64,000 bases of DNA, taken from assembly GCF_009914755.1 (NCBI RefSeq), contig NC_060938.1. The stretch is one strand, 5' to 3'. Below the pieces are notes generated by a model. The model made no database searches. It was not told the origin of the DNA and saw only the letters and a list, made by a program, of their open reading frames with translations. The position numbers and the translations under genes were made by a program. The stretch comes from the human T2T-CHM13v2.0 reference genome, Homo sapiens. Positions 37,101 to 55,919 of the stretch are shown piece by piece. The stretch's first letter is position 1, and every line of letters starts with the position of its first letter.

Positions 37101-39715
37101 CATTGTGACATGTCTCTGCAGTGATCACACAGCTGATATAACTCTTGTCTAGGCTCTGGCTACAGGGGGCTTGTGACACATCTCTGCACTGATCACCCAG
37201 GTGATGTAACCCTTGTCTAGGCTCTGCCAAAAGGGGGCATTGTGTCATAACTCTGCACTGATCACCCAGGTGATGTAACTCTTGTCTTTATCTGCCTACT
37301 GGCGGCATTGGGGCAGATTTCTGCACTGATCTCCCAGCTGATGGACTCTTGTCTTGGATTTGCCAATGGGGGCATAGTGACATATCTCTGCACTGATCAT
37401 TCATGAGATGTAACCCTTGTCTAAGCTGCGCCTAAAGGGGAATTGTGACACATACCTCCACTGATCACCCAGGTGATGTAACAGTTTTCTTGGATTTGTC
37501 TACAGTGGGCTTTGTGACATATCTTTGCACTGATCACCCAGGAGATGTAACTCTTGTCTAGGCTCAGCCTACATGGGCTTTGTGACATATTTCTGCACTG
37601 ATCACCCATTTGCTGTAACTCTTGTCTAGGCTCCACCTACAGGGGATATTGTGATGAATCTCTGCACTGATCACGCAGGTGATGTAACATTTATCTAGGC
37701 TCTGCCTACAGGGGCGTTTTGACATAGCTCTGCACAGATCAACTAGGTTATGTAACTCTTGTCCAGTCTCTGCCTACAGGGGGCATTGTGAAACATCTCT
37801 GCACTCATCACCCAGGTGATGGGACTCTTCTCTATACTCTGCCTAGAGGGGTATTTGTGACATATCTCTGCAATGATCACCCAGGTGATGGAAGTCTTGT
37901 CTAGGCTCTGTGTATGGGGATATTGTGTCAAATATCTGCACTGATCACCCAGGTGATGTAATTCTTTTAGAGGCTCTGTCTACAGGGATTTTTGTGACAT
38001 ATCACTGCACTGATCACCCAGGTGATCTAAACCTTGTATGGGTTTTGCCTACAGAAGGCTTTGTGACATATCTATGCACTGATCTCTGAGGTGATGCAAC
38101 TCTTTTCTAGGCACTGCCTAGGGATATTGGTACATATCTCTGCACTGATCTCCCAAGTGATGGACTGTTGTCTTACATGTGCCTACATGGACACTGTGAC
38201 ACATCTCTGAACTGATCAACCAAGTGATGAAACTCTTGTCTAGGCTCTGCCTGCGGGGGCTTTGTGACACATCTCTGCACTGATCACCCTGGGGAGGAAT
38301 CTCTTGTCTACGCTCTGCCTACAGGAGGCTTTATGACTTATACCAGCACTGATAACCTAGGTGATGTAACACTTGTCTAGGCTCTGCCTACACGGGAATT
38401 CTTACATATCTCTGCACTGATCACCCAGGTGATGTAACTCTTGTCTAGGTTCAGCCTACAGGAGCATTTTGACATATCTCTGCACTGATCTCCCAGGTAA
38501 TGTAACTCTGGTCTAGGTTCTCCTTACAGGGGTATTGTGACATATCTCTGCACTGATCACCTAAGTGATGTAACACTTGTGTAGGCTCTCCCTACAGGGG
38601 CATTTTGACATATCCCTGCACTGTTTAACCGAGGTGATGTAACTCTTGTCTAGGCTGTGCCCACAGGGGGATTGAGACATATCTCTGCACTGATCCTGAG
38701 GTGATCCAACTCTTGCCTGGTTTCTGCCTACTTGGGACATTTTGACATATCTCTGCAGTGATCTCCCAGGTGCTGTAACTTTAGTCTAGGTTCCGGCTAA
38801 ACGACATTGTGACATATCTCTGCACTGATCACCCAGGTGATGGGACTCTGCTCTATACTCTGCCTAGAAGGGGATTTGTGACATATCTCTGCACTGATCA
38901 CCCAGGTGATGGAAGTCTTGTCTAGGCTCTGTCTATGGGGGCCTTGTGTCAAATATCTGCACTGATCACCCAGGTGAGGTAACTCTTGTCTAGGCTCTGT
39001 CTACAGGGATTTTTGTGACATATCACTGCACTGATCACCTAGGTGATGTAAGCCTTGTATGGGCTTTGCCTACAGATGTAACTCCTGTCTAGGTTCAGCC
39101 TACAGGAGCGTTTTGATATATCTCTGCACTGATCACCCAGTTGATGTAACCCTTACCTAAGCTCTGCCTACAGGGGCATTGTGACAGATCTCTCCACTGC
39201 TCACCCACGTCATGTAACGATTGTGTTGGCTTTGCCTACAGGGGGCTTTGTGATATACATTTCCACGGATCAAACAGGTGATGTAACCCTTGTCAAGGTT
39301 CTGCTTACAGATGCTTTGTGACATATCTCTACACTGATCACCCCAGGGAGGAAACACTTGTCTACACTCTGCCTACAGGAGGCTTTACGACTTATCCCTG
39401 CACTGATCACTAGGTGATGGAACACTTGTCTAGGCTCTGTCTACACAGAATTTTCAAATATCTCTACACTGATCACCTAAGTGATGTAACTCTTGTCTAC
39501 GTTCAGCCTACTGGGGATTTCTGACATACATATGCACTGATCACCGAGGTGATGTAAATCATTTCCAGGCTTTTTGTACAGGGGACATTGTGATATATCT
39601 CTGCACTGATCACCCAAATGATGCAAAACTTCTCTAGGCTCCACAGGGAGGGGGCATTGTGACATATTTCTGAACTGATCATCCAAGAGATGTAACTATT
39701 CTCCAGGCTTTCACT
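34101..39715 (-). repeat. Beta-satellite array E (inverted)
   Basis: Reverse-complement 68-bp monomers. Confidence 0.97.
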
Positions 39716-40770
39716 AAAGAGCGTCAGAAGGTGTTGGGAGTGACTCAGCCAGAATTTCACGGACGGACAATGGCACAGAGAGGCCAGCGTGCTCCCTTGC
39801 AGGTCAGCCGGCGTGTGCAATGAGCGCAGGTCTAGCCAGGAGGCCGGCAAAGAGAGCTAGAGATCTGTTTTCTGCCGCCACGGGTTCCATGGTGGCAGCT
39901 GGGATGCTGCAGGCTCACGGGCGGGCCAGCGACGGTGGCGTGGAGGTGCAGAGGAGGCGAGCCGCCAGAAGGGTGTCAGGCCTGGACTCTGCGCGGGCCC
40001 GGTGTTTCACGGGACTGGGGTCTCCACCCAGCCCAGGGGAGGAGGCATTTTCCGGGGGTGGGGTATTGGGGTGACTAGGGGGTGTTCAAGCGGGGGTGGG
40101 GTGGTGGAAAGGCATTGAAGCTCTGCCCAGGCTGCTCCCACAGCACAGGCAGCGGCCCACAAACCCGCACGTGCACAGTAGGTGGCCCAACTGCTTTTAC
40201 CTGGGCCGGGTGTGGGATCCCCGGGATGCCCAGGAAAGAATGGCAGTTCTCTGCTGGGTGGATTCTCTCACTGGGCCTAGACCTAGAAGGCAGGAATCCT
40301 AGGCCGGTCAGCCCGGTGATGGGGGTGGAGGGAAGACACGCCCCTCCATAGTCAGCCAGGTGTTCCCCGTGAAAGAGAGGCCACCTCCCTGCCCCGACCC
40401 GACCTGTCCCAACCCCGCGTCCTAAAGCTCCTCCAGCAGAGCCCGGTAATCTTCCTTGCTGAGGGCTGCTTCCATCGAGGCGGCCTCCTCCAAGGCCTCC
40501 AGCTCCCCCGGGGCCTCCGTTTATAGAAAATGTTGCACCTGCTGCAAAAACTCCGGGCTCGCCAGGAGCTCATCCAGCAGCAGGCCACAGGGGAGTGCAG
40601 ACGAGCTCCCAGGCTCCTGGAATGCCTGCGAGGGCGCCGGGATGCCTTGCATCTGCTCCTGCCATGCGGAGGCCTCCGGGGGCACGGGCTGGTGAGGTGG
40701 AGATGCCCCGGCTTGGGGTTACCCCGCCGCCCCGGCGACCTGGGGACCCCGGAACCAGCCTCACTACGGA
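39716..40770 (-). repeat. 5'-truncated D4Z4-like unit U6 (3' third of CDS, exon 2, pLAM-like)
   Basis: Reverse-complement D4Z4 3' part that breaks inside the CDS at about 40770. Confidence 0.92.
40422..40770 (-). pseudogene. DUX4L: DUX4-like C-terminal fragment (U6)
   Basis: [14 protein letters not shown] region and terminal GAGCTTTAG; internal TAA near 40522; no homeoboxes. Confidence 0.85.
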
Positions 40771-40800
40771 TGCCCAGGAAAGAATGGCAGTTCTCCGCTG

Positions 40801-41610
40801 CCTAGACAACTCAGCCTAGACAAGAATTACATCATCTCGTTTAACAGTGCAGAGAATTGTCAAAATGCCCCTGTAGGCAGAGCCTAGACAAGAGTTACAT
40901 CACTTAGGTGATCAGTGCAGAGATATGTCACAATACCCCCTGTAAGCAGAGCCTAGACAATAGTTACATCACCTGCGTGATCAGTTCAGAGATATGCCAC
41001 ATTGCCCCCATAGGCATATCCAAGACAAGAGTCCGTCACCTGGGTGATCAGTGCAGAAATATGTGACAATGCCCCCAGTAGGCAGAGCCTAGAGAAGAGT
41101 GCCATCACCTGGTTGATCAGTGCAGAGATATATCACAATGCCCCTGCAGGCAGAGCGTAAGCAAGGGTTACATCACCTACATGATCAGTGCAGAGGTATG
41201 TCACAAGGACCCCTATAGGCAGAGCCTGGACATGAGTTACATCACCTCGGTGATCAATGCAGTGATATGTCACTATGCCCCATAGGCAGAGCATAGTCAA
41301 GCGTTACATCACCTGGGTGATCAGTGCAGAGATATGTCACAAAGCCCCCATAAACAGAGCCTAGACAAGAGTCCCATCACCTTTCCGATCAGTGTAGAAA
41401 TGTGTCACAATGCCCCGATAGGCAGATCCAACACAAGAGTTACATCACCTGGGTGATCAGTGTAGAGATATGTCACAATGCCCCCATTGGCAGTGCCTAG
41501 AAAAAAGTCCCATCACCTGGGTGATCAGTGCAGAGATATGTCACTAAGCCCCTGTAGGCCGAGGCTAGACAAGAGTTACATCACTTTTTGATCAATTCAG
41601 AGATGTGTCA
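40801..41610 (+). repeat. Beta-satellite array F
   Basis: 68-bp monomers, + orientation resumes. Confidence 0.96.
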
Positions 41611-42199
41611 TGCTGACTGTTTCCTCCTGGAGCTCTGCAGTCACCCGGAAACATGCAGGGAAGGGTGGAAGACAGGCATGGTGCCTTCGCTCTCCTTGCC
41701 AGTTTCCAAACCGGCCACACTGCAGACTCCCCATGTTGCCTCACATGAGAATCCATCATCAGGCCATCACGCCTGGAAGGCATCTTCTCTCTGGGGTGTC
41801 GCTCTGGTCTCCTACGTGGAAATGAACGAGAGCCACACGCCTGTGTGTGTGAGACTGTCCCGGCAATGGCGACACCCACAGGCATGGCCTCCTTCACGGA
41901 GAGAGGGCCTGGAACACTCAAGAATCCCACGGATGTTCAGTTCCACACTCCCCTCCACCCTCCCAGGCCGGTTTCTCCTTGCCGAAGACGCGTGGGAGCC
42001 CAGAGAGCGGCTTCCATTTCCTGCAGGCTTCCTGGAGAAGTCCGGAGAGCCAGCCCCCGAAACACACCCCCCTCACCCCTTCCCCTCGCCCCCTTCCTCT
42101 TCGTCTCTCTAGCCCCACCACCACCATCTCCACGCCCTCCCCCCCCACCACACCACCCCCTGGCCTCAGGCCTCGATGCCCTGGAACCCTTCTGGTGTG

Positions 42200-43785
<1,586 letters not shown>

Positions 43786-44380
43786 TGACCGGCATGGGAT
43801 TCCTGCCTTCTAGGTCTAGGCCCAGTGAGATACTCCACACAACACAGAACTGCCATTCTTTCCTGGGCATCCCTGGGATCCCAGAGCCGGCCCACGTACC
43901 AACAGGTGGGCTGCCCACTGTGCAAGTGCAGGTTTGCGGGCAGCTGCCTGGGCTGAGGGAGCAGCCAAGGCAGAGCTCTCGTGCCTTTCCACCACCCCAC
44001 ACCTGCCTGAACACCCCCTCCCCACCCCCACCCCCCACCCCCAGAAAATGCGTCCTCCCTTGGGCTGGGTGGAGACCCCCGTCCTGTGAAACACTGGGCC
44101 CGCCCAGCGTCCAGGCCTGATACCCCTCAGGCGGCTCGCCTCCTCAGCGCCTCCGTGCCACCGTCGCCAGCCCACCCGTGCTCCTGCAGCCTCCCACCTG
44201 CCACCATGGAGCGCCTGACGGAGGAACTCAGACCTCTAGCTCTCTTTGCCAGCCGCCTAAGTAGACCTGCACTCATTGCGCACACCGGCTGATGTGCAAT
44301 GGAGCCCGCTGACCTCTCTGTGCTCTTGTCCGTCTGTGAAATTCCGGCTGAGGCTCTCCCAACACCTTCCGACGCTCTTT

Positions 44381-47300
44381 AGTCAAAGCCTGTAGAATAG
44401 TTACATTTCCTGGATGATCAGTTCAGAAATATATCACAATGCCCCCTCCCGGCAGAGCCTAGAGAGGATTTGCATCATTTGAGTGATCAGTGCAGAGATA
44501 TATCACAATGTCCCCTGTACAAAAAGCCTGGAAATGATTTACATCACCTCAGTGATCAGTGAATAGGTATGTCAGAAACACCCAGTAGGCTGAGCATAGA
44601 CAAGGGTTACATCACTTAGGGAATCAGTGTAGAGATATGTGAAAATTCCCTTGTAGACAGAGCCTAGAAAAGTGTTACATCACCTAGAGATAATTGCAGG
44701 GATAAGTTGTAAAGCCTCCTGTAGACAGAGTGTAGACAAGAGTTTCCTCCCTGGGGTGATCAGTGCAGCGATATGTCACAAAGCCCCTGTAAGCAGAACA
44801 TTGACAAGGGTTACATCACTTGTTTGATCAGTGGAAATGTATATCACAAAGCTGCCTGTAGGCAAAGCAAAGACAATTGTTACATCACCTGGTTGAGCAG
44901 TGGAGAGATCTGTCACAATGCCCCTGTAGGCAGAGCTTAGACAAGAGTTACATCACCTGGGTGATCAGTGCAGAGATATGTCAAAACACTCCTGTAGGCT
45001 GAACGTAGACAGGAGTTCCATCACCCGGGTGATCAGTGCAGAGATATATGAGAATTCCCGTGTAGGCAGAGTCTAGACAAGTGTTACATCACCTAGGTTA
45101 TCAGTGCAGTTATAATTCATAAAGCCTCCTGTAGGCAGAGCATAGACAAGAGTTCCCTTCTTAGGGTGATTAGTGCAGAGATGTGTCACAAAGCCACTGT
45201 AGACAGAACCTGAACAAGAGTTATATCACCTGGGTGATCAGTGAAGAAATATGTCACAAAGCCCTGTAGGCCGAGCTTAGACAAGAGTTACATCTCCTGG
45301 GGGATCAGTGCAAATATATGTCACAAAGCCCCCTGTAGACATATCCCAGAAAATTGCTACATCACCTGGGTGATCAGTGGAGATATCTGTTAGAATTCCC
45401 CTCTAGGCGCAGCTTAGACCAGCGTTACTTCACATGAGTAATCAGTGCAGAGATATGTCACTATGCCCCCATAGGAAGATCCAAGACAAGAGTCCATCAC
45501 CTGGGTCATCAGTGCAGAAATATGACACAATGCCACCAGTAGGCATATATAGACAAGGGTTACATCACCTGCGCGATCACTGCAGATATATGTCACAATG
45601 CCTCTGTAGGCAGAGCCTAGACAAGAGACCCATCACCTGGGTGATCAGTGCAGAGTTATGTCACAATGCCCCCTTTTGGCAGAGACTAGACAAGGGTTAC
45701 ATCACCTGGGTGATCAGCGCAGGGATGTGTCACAAGCACCCTGTAGACAGAGCCTAGACAATAGTTACATCAGCTGTGTGATCAGTGCAGTGACATGTCA
45801 CAATGTCCCTGTAGCCATATCCTTGACAAAAGTGACATCACCTGGGTGATCAGTCCGGAGATATGTCACAATGTCTCCAGTGGGCAGAGCCTAGACAAGA
45901 GTTACATCACCTGGGTGATCAGGGCAGAGATATGTCTCAATGACCCCTGTCGCGGAAGCCTATACAAGAGTTACATCATGTCAGTGATCAGTGCAGTGAT
46001 ATGTTAAAATGACCCTGTAGGCAGAGCCTAGACAAAAGTCACATCACCTGGGTGATCAGTGCCGAGATATCTCACAATACCCCCAGTAAGCAGAGCCTAG
46101 ACAAGTGTTACATCACCTGGGTGATCAGTGTAGAGAAATGTCATAAATTCCACTGTAGGCAAAGCGTAGACAAGTTTTACATCACCTCAGCGTTCAGTGC
46201 AGAGATGTGTCCCAATGTCCCTCTAGGCAGAGCTTAGACAAGAGTCACACCTCCTGGGTGATCAGTGCAGAGATAAGTCACAATGTCCCCATAGGCAGAG
46301 CCTAGACAAGAGTTAAATAACCCGGGTGATCCGTGCAGAGTGATGTCACAACGCCCTCTATAGGCAGAGACTAGAAAAGAGTTACATCACCTGCGTCATC
46401 AGTGAAGAGATATGTCACAATGCCCCCAGTAGGCAGAGAATAGAGAAGAGTTCCATCACCTGGGTGATCAGTGCAGAGATATGTCACAATGCCACTATAG
46501 GCAGAGCCTAGACAAGGGTTACATGATCTAGGTGATCAGTGTAGAGATACATCGCAATGCCCCTGTAGGCAGAGCCTTGACAAGTGGTATATCACTGGGT
46601 GATCATTGCAGGGATATGTCACAAAGCACCCTGTAGGCAGATCCTAGATAAAAGTTATATCACCTGGGTGATCAGTGCAGAGGAATGTCACAGGCCCCCA
46701 GTAGGCAGAGCCTAGACAAATGTTATATCACCTGGGTGATCAGTGCAGTGATATGTCATGATGCCATGTAGCCAGAGCCTAGACTAAAGTTACAGCACCT
46801 GGGAGATCAGTGCAGAGATATGTCTCAATCCCCCTGTGGGCACAGCCTAGACAAGGGTTACATCACCCCGTTTAACATGCAGAGATATGTCAAAATGGCC
46901 CTGTTGGCAGAGCCTACACAAGTGTTACATCACTTAGGTGATCAGTGCAGAGATATGTCACAATACACCTTGTAAGCAGAGCCTAGAGAAGAGTTACATC
47001 ACCTGGGTGATCAGTGCAGAGATATGTGACAAGGCCCCTTTAAGCAGAGCCTAGACAATAGTTACATCACCAGAGTGATCAGTGCAGAGATCTCTCACAG
47101 TGCCCCTTTAGGCAGCGCTTAGACCAGAGTTACATCACCTGGGTGATCAGTGCAGAGATCTGTCACAATGGCCCCATAGGCAAATCCAAGACAAGAGTCC
47201 ATCACCTGGGTGATCAGTGCAGAAATATGTGACAATGCCCCCAGCAGGCAGAGCCTGGAGTAGAGTCCCATCACCTGGGTGTTCAGTGCAGAGATATTTC

Positions 47301-47588
47301 ACAATGCCCCTGTAGGCAGAGCGTAAGCAAGAGTTACATCACCTAGATGATCAGTGCAGAGATATGTCACAAGGCCCCCTATAGGCAGAGTCTGGACAAG
47401 AGTTACATCACCTCGGTGATCAATGCAGTGATATGTCACTATGCTCCCTGTAGGCAGAGAGTGGACAAGAGTTACATAACCTAGGTGATCTCTGCAGAGC
47501 TATGTGAAAACGCCCTTGTAGGCAGAGGCTAGATAAATGTTACATCACCTGGGTGATCAGTGCAGAGATATGTCACAATACCCCCAGT
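44381..47588 (+). repeat. Beta-satellite array G
   Basis: 68-bp monomers. Confidence 0.97.
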
Positions 47589-48150
47589 ACACCCCCTTCA
47601 CTGGGCTGACTGGCCTGGGATTCCTGCCTTCTAGTTCTAGGCCCGGTGGAAGACTCCACACAGCGGAGAACTGCCAGTCTTTCCTGGGCATCCTGGGGAT
47701 CCCTGAGACGCCCCATATACCAGCAGGTGGGCCGCCTCCTGCGCATGCCCGAGTTTGCGTACAGACGCCTGGGCTGTGGGAACAGCCCGGGCAGAGCTCT
47801 CATGCGTTTCCACCACCCCAACCCTGCCTGACCACCCCCTACCCAACCCCACACACCATCCCCTGAAAATGCATCCTCCCCTGCCCTGACACACCTCCTG
47901 CGACTCGCCTCCTCTAAGCATCCGCGCCACTGTCGGCGGCCCGCCCGTACCCCTGCAGCCTCCCAGCTGCCACCAAGGAGCACTTGTCGGCAAAACGCAG
48001 GCATCTAGCTCTCTTTGCTGGCCTCCTGGCTAGACCTGTGCTGATTGCACACACCGGCAGACGTGCAAGGGAGCCTGCTGTCCTCTCTGTGCACTTGCCC
48101 CTCCGTGAAATTCTGGCTGAGGATCTCCCAACACCTTCCGACGCTCTTTT
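47589..48150 (+). repeat. Non-coding D4Z4-like remnant U8 (end of intron 1, exon 2, intron 2, pLAM-like)
   Basis: Begins ACCCCCTTCACTGGGCTGAC straight from satellite; further deletion near 47883; no DUX CDS. Confidence 0.9.
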
Positions 48151-51100
48151 GTCAAAGCCTGGAGAATTGTTATATCTCCTGGATGATCGGTTCAGAAATA
48201 TGTCACAATGCTCCCTCCCTATGGAGCCTAGACAAGATTTGCATCATTTGGGTGAACAGTGCAGAGATATATCACAATGTCCCCTGTACAAAAAGCCTGG
48301 AAATGATTTGCATCACCTCGGTGATCAGTGCATAGGTATGTCAGAAATCCCCAGTAGGCTCAACCTAGACAAGGGTTACATCACTTAGGTGATCAGTGTA
48401 GAGATATGTGAAAATTCCCGTGTAGACGGAGCCTAGACAAGTGTTACATCACCTAGTGATCAGTGCAGGGATAAGTCGTAAAGTCTCCTGTAGGCAGAGT
48501 GTAGACAAGTGTTTCCTCCCTGGGGTGATCAGTGCAGAGATATGTCACAAAGCCCCTGTAAGCAGAACCTTGACAAGGCTTACATCACCTGTTTGATCAG
48601 TGGAAATATATATCACAGAGCCCCCTGTAGGCAAAGCCCAGAGAATTGTTACATCACCTGGGTGAGCAGTAGAGAGATCTGTCACAATGCCCCGGTAGGC
48701 AGAGCATTGACAAGGGTTACATCACCTGGGTGATCAGTGCAGAGATATGTGAGAATTCCCGTGTAGGCAGAGCCTAGACCGGGGTTACATCACCTAGGTA
48801 TCAGTGCAGGTATAAGTCATAAAGACAAACGTAGGCAGAGCGCAGACAAGAGTTCCCTCCATAGGGTGATCAGTACAGAGATGTGACACAAAGCCCCTGT
48901 CGTCAGAGCCTAAACAAGGGTTGTATCTCCTGGTTGATCAGTGGAGAAATATGTCACAAAGCCCCTGTAGGCCGAGCCTAGACAAGAGTTACATCTCCTG
49001 GGTGATCAGTGCAAAGATATTTCACAAAGCCCCCTGTAGACAAATCACAGAAAATTGTTACATCATCTCGGTGATCACTGGAGACATCTGTCACAATTCC
49101 CCTTTAGGCACAGCATAGACAAGCGTTTCATCACATGAGTGATCAGTGCAGAGATATGTCACCTTGCCCGAAAAGAGATCCAAGGCAAAAGTCCATCACC
49201 TGGGTGATCAGTGGAGAAATATGCCACAATGCCGCCAGTAGGCAGATATAGACAAGAGTTACATCACCTGCGTGATCACTGCAGAGATATGTCACAATGC
49301 CCCTGTAGGCAGAGCCTAGACAAGAGTCCCATCACCTGTGTGATCAGTGCAGAGTTATGTCACAATGCCCCCTTTTGGTAGAGCCTAGACAAGGGTTACA
49401 TCACCTGGGTGATCAGGGGAGAGATATGTCACAAAGCCCCCTGTAAACAGATCCCAGACAATAGTTGCATCACCTTGGTGATCAGTGCAGAGATATGTCT
49501 CAATGCCCCCTGTCAGCGAAGCCTATACAAGAGTTACATCATCTCAGTGATCAGTGAAGTGATGAGTTAAATTGCCCCTATAGGCAGAGGCTAGACAAGA
49601 GTTACATCACATGGGTGATCAGTGCAGAGATATCTCACTATAATCCCTGTAAGCAGAGCCTAGACAAGAGTTACATCACCTGGGTGATCAGTGCAGAGAT
49701 ATGTCATAAATCTCACAGAAGGCAAAGCCTAGACAAGTTTTCCATCACCTCAGCGATCAGTGCAGAGATATGTCCCAATGTCCCTCTAGGCAGATCTTAG
49801 ACAAGAGTCACATCTCCCGGGTGATCAGTGCAGAGATAAGTCACGATGGCCCCATAGGCAGATCGTAGACAAATGTTAAATAACCCGGGTGATCCGTGCA
49901 GAGTGATGTAGGCAGAGATTAGTAAAGAGTTACATCACCTTGGTGATCACTGCAGAGATATGTCACAATGCCCCTTGTAGGCAGAGCATAGAGAAGAGTT
50001 ACATCACCTGTGTGATCACTGCAGAGATTTGACAAAATTCCCTGTAGGCAGTGCTTATAAAAGGGTTATATCACCCAAAGTGATCAGTGCAGAGATATTT
50101 CAGAAAGCTCCTGTAGGCACAACTTAGATGAGTTACATCACCTGTGGGATCAGTGCAAAGGTATGTCACAAAGTCCCCTGTAGGCAAAGCCTACACAGTA
50201 GATACATCACTTGGGTGATCAGTGGCGAGATCTCTCACAACTCCCATGTAGGCAGAGCTTATACAACAGTTACATCACCTGGGTGATCAGTGCAGATATG
50301 TCCCAATGCCCCCATAGGCAGATCCAACACAAGAGTCCGTCAGCTGATGATCAGTGCAGAAATATGTCACAGTGCCCCCTTAGGCAGAGCCTAGACAAAA
50401 GCCCCAGCACCTGGATGATCAATGTAGAATTATGTCACAAAGTCCCTTTAGGCAGATCCTAGACAAGTGTTACATCACTTGGATGATCAGTGCAGAGATA
50501 TGTCACAATGCCACTGTAGGCAGAGCCTAGACAAGAGTTACATGACCTCGGTGATCAGTGCAGAGATACATCGCAATGTCCCTGTAGGAAGAGCCTTGAC
50601 AAGTAGTACATCACCTCGGTGATCATTGCAGGGATATATCACAAAGCACCCTGTAGGCAGATCCTAGAAAAGGGTTATATCACCTGGGTGATCAGTGCAG
50701 AGATATGTCACAATGCCACTGTAGGCAGAGCCTAGACAAGATTTACATGACCTAGGTGATCATTGCAGAGATACATCGCAATGCCCCTGTAGGCAGAGCT
50801 TTGACAAGTGGTTTATCACCTGGGTGATAATTGCAGGGATATGTCACAAAGCACCCTGCAGGCAGATCCTAGAAAAGATTTACATCACCTGTGTGATCAG
50901 TGCAGTGATATATCACAATGGCACTGGAGTTAGATCCTAGACAATAGTTACATGACCTAGGTGATCATTGCAGCGATATATCGCAATGCCCCTGTAGGCA
51001 GAGCCTTCACTAGTGGTATATCACCTGGGTGATCTTTGCAGGGATATGTCACAAATCACCCTACAGGCAGATCCTAGAGAAGAGTTATATCACCTGGGTG

Positions 51101-52276
51101 ATCAATGCAGGGATATGTCACAAGTCCCCTGTAGGCATAGACCAGACAAGTGTTATATCGGCTGGGTGGTCAGTGCAGTGATATGTCACAATGCCATGTA
51201 GCCAGTGCCTAGACTAAAGTTACAGCACCTGGGAGATCAGTGCAGAGATATGTCACAATGTCCCCAGTAGGCAGAGACCAGGGAAGAGTTGGATCACCTC
51301 GGGATCAGTGCAGAGATATGTCTCAATCCCCCTGTGGGCACAGCCTAGACAAGGGTTACATCACCTAGGTTAACAGTGCAGAGATATGTCAAAATGCCCC
51401 TGTAGGCAGAGCCTACACAAGTGTTACATCACTTAGGTGATCATTGCAGAGATATGTCACGATACCCTCTGTAAGCAGAGCCTAGACAAGAGTTACATCA
51501 CCTGGGTGATCAGTGCAGAGATATGCAACAAGGCCCCTTTAAGCAGAGCCTAGACAATAGTTATATCACCTGAGTCATCAGTGGAGAGATCTCTCACAAT
51601 GCCCCTTTAGGCAGAGCATAGATCAGAGTTACATCACCTGGGTGATCAGTGCAGAGATATGTCACAATGACCCCATAGGCAAATCCAAGACAAGAGTCCG
51701 TCACCTGGGTGATCAGTGCAGAAATATGTGACAATTCCCCCAGTAGGCAGAGCCTAGAGAAGAATCCCATCACCTGAGTGATCAGTGCAGAGATATTTCA
51801 CAATGCCCCTGCAGGCAGAGGGTAAGCAAGAGTGACATCACCTAGGTGATCAGTGCAGAGGTATGTCACAAGTCCCCCTATAGGCAGAGCCTGGACAAGA
51901 GTTACATCACCTTGGTGATCAATGCAGTGATATGTCACTATGCCCCGAAGGCTGAGCCTAGTCAAGCGTTACATCACCTAGGTGATCAGTGCAGAGATAT
52001 GTCACAAAGCCCCCATACACAGAGCCTAGACAAGTGTCCCATCACCTGGGTGATCAGTGCAGAAATATGTCACAATGCCCCCATAGGCAGATCCAACAAA
52101 AGAGTTACATCACCTTAATGATCGGTGTAGAGATATCTCACAATGCCCCCATAGGCAGAGCCTAGACAAAAGTCCCATCACCTGGGTGATCAGTGCAGAG
52201 ATATGTCACAAAGCCCCTGTAGGCAGAGTCTAGAGAAGTGTTACATCACTTTGTTGATTAGTTCAGAGATGTGTCA
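48151..52276 (+). repeat. Beta-satellite array H
   Basis: 68-bp monomers. Confidence 0.97.
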
Positions 52277-55045
<2,769 letters not shown>

Positions 55046-55919
55046 AGTGAAAGCCTGGAGAATAGTTACATCTCCTGGATGATCAGTTCAGAAATAAGTC
55101 ACAATGTCCCCTCCCTGCGGAGCCTAGACAAGAGTCCCATCACCTGGGTGATCAGTGCAGAGTTACGTAACAATGCCCCTTTAGGCAGAGCTTAGACCAG
55201 AGTTACATCACCTGGGTGATCAGTGCAGAGATATGACACAATGCTCCCATAGGCAAATCCAAGACAAGAGTCCATCACCTGGGTGATCAGTGCAGAAATA
55301 TGTGACAATGCCTCCAGTAGGCAGAGCCTAGAGAAGAGTCAAATCACCTGGGTGATCAGTGCAGAGATATGTCACAATGTCCCCTGTAGGCAAAGCCTAG
55401 GCAAGAGTTGCATCACCTGCGTGATCAGTGCAGTTATATGTCACAATGTCCCCTGTAGGCAAAGCCTAGGCAAGAGTTACATCACCTTTGTCTTCAGTTC
55501 AGGGATATGTGAAAACGCCCCTGTAGGCAGAGCCTAGAAAACAGTTATATCACCTAGTTGATCAGTGCAGAGATATTTCACAATACCCCCTGTAGGCAGA
55601 TCCTAGACAAGAGTTGAATCACCTGGGTGATCAGTGCAGAGATATTTCACAATGCCCCCTTTGGGCAGAGGGTAGACAAGACTTATATCACCTAGATGAT
55701 CAGTGCAGAGATTTGTCAAAATTCCCTGTAGGCAGTGCTTATAAAAGTGTCACATCACCTAAGTGATCAGGGAAGAGATATGTCACAAAGCTCCTGTAGG
55801 CAGAACTTAGATGAGTTACATCACCTGGGTGATCAGTGCAAAGGTATGTCACAAAGCCCCTGTAGGCAGAGCCTAGACAAGGGTTACATCACTTTGTTGA
55901 TCAGTTCCGAGATGTGTCA
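55046..55919 (+). repeat. Short beta-satellite array I
   Basis: About 13 monomers. Confidence 0.96.
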
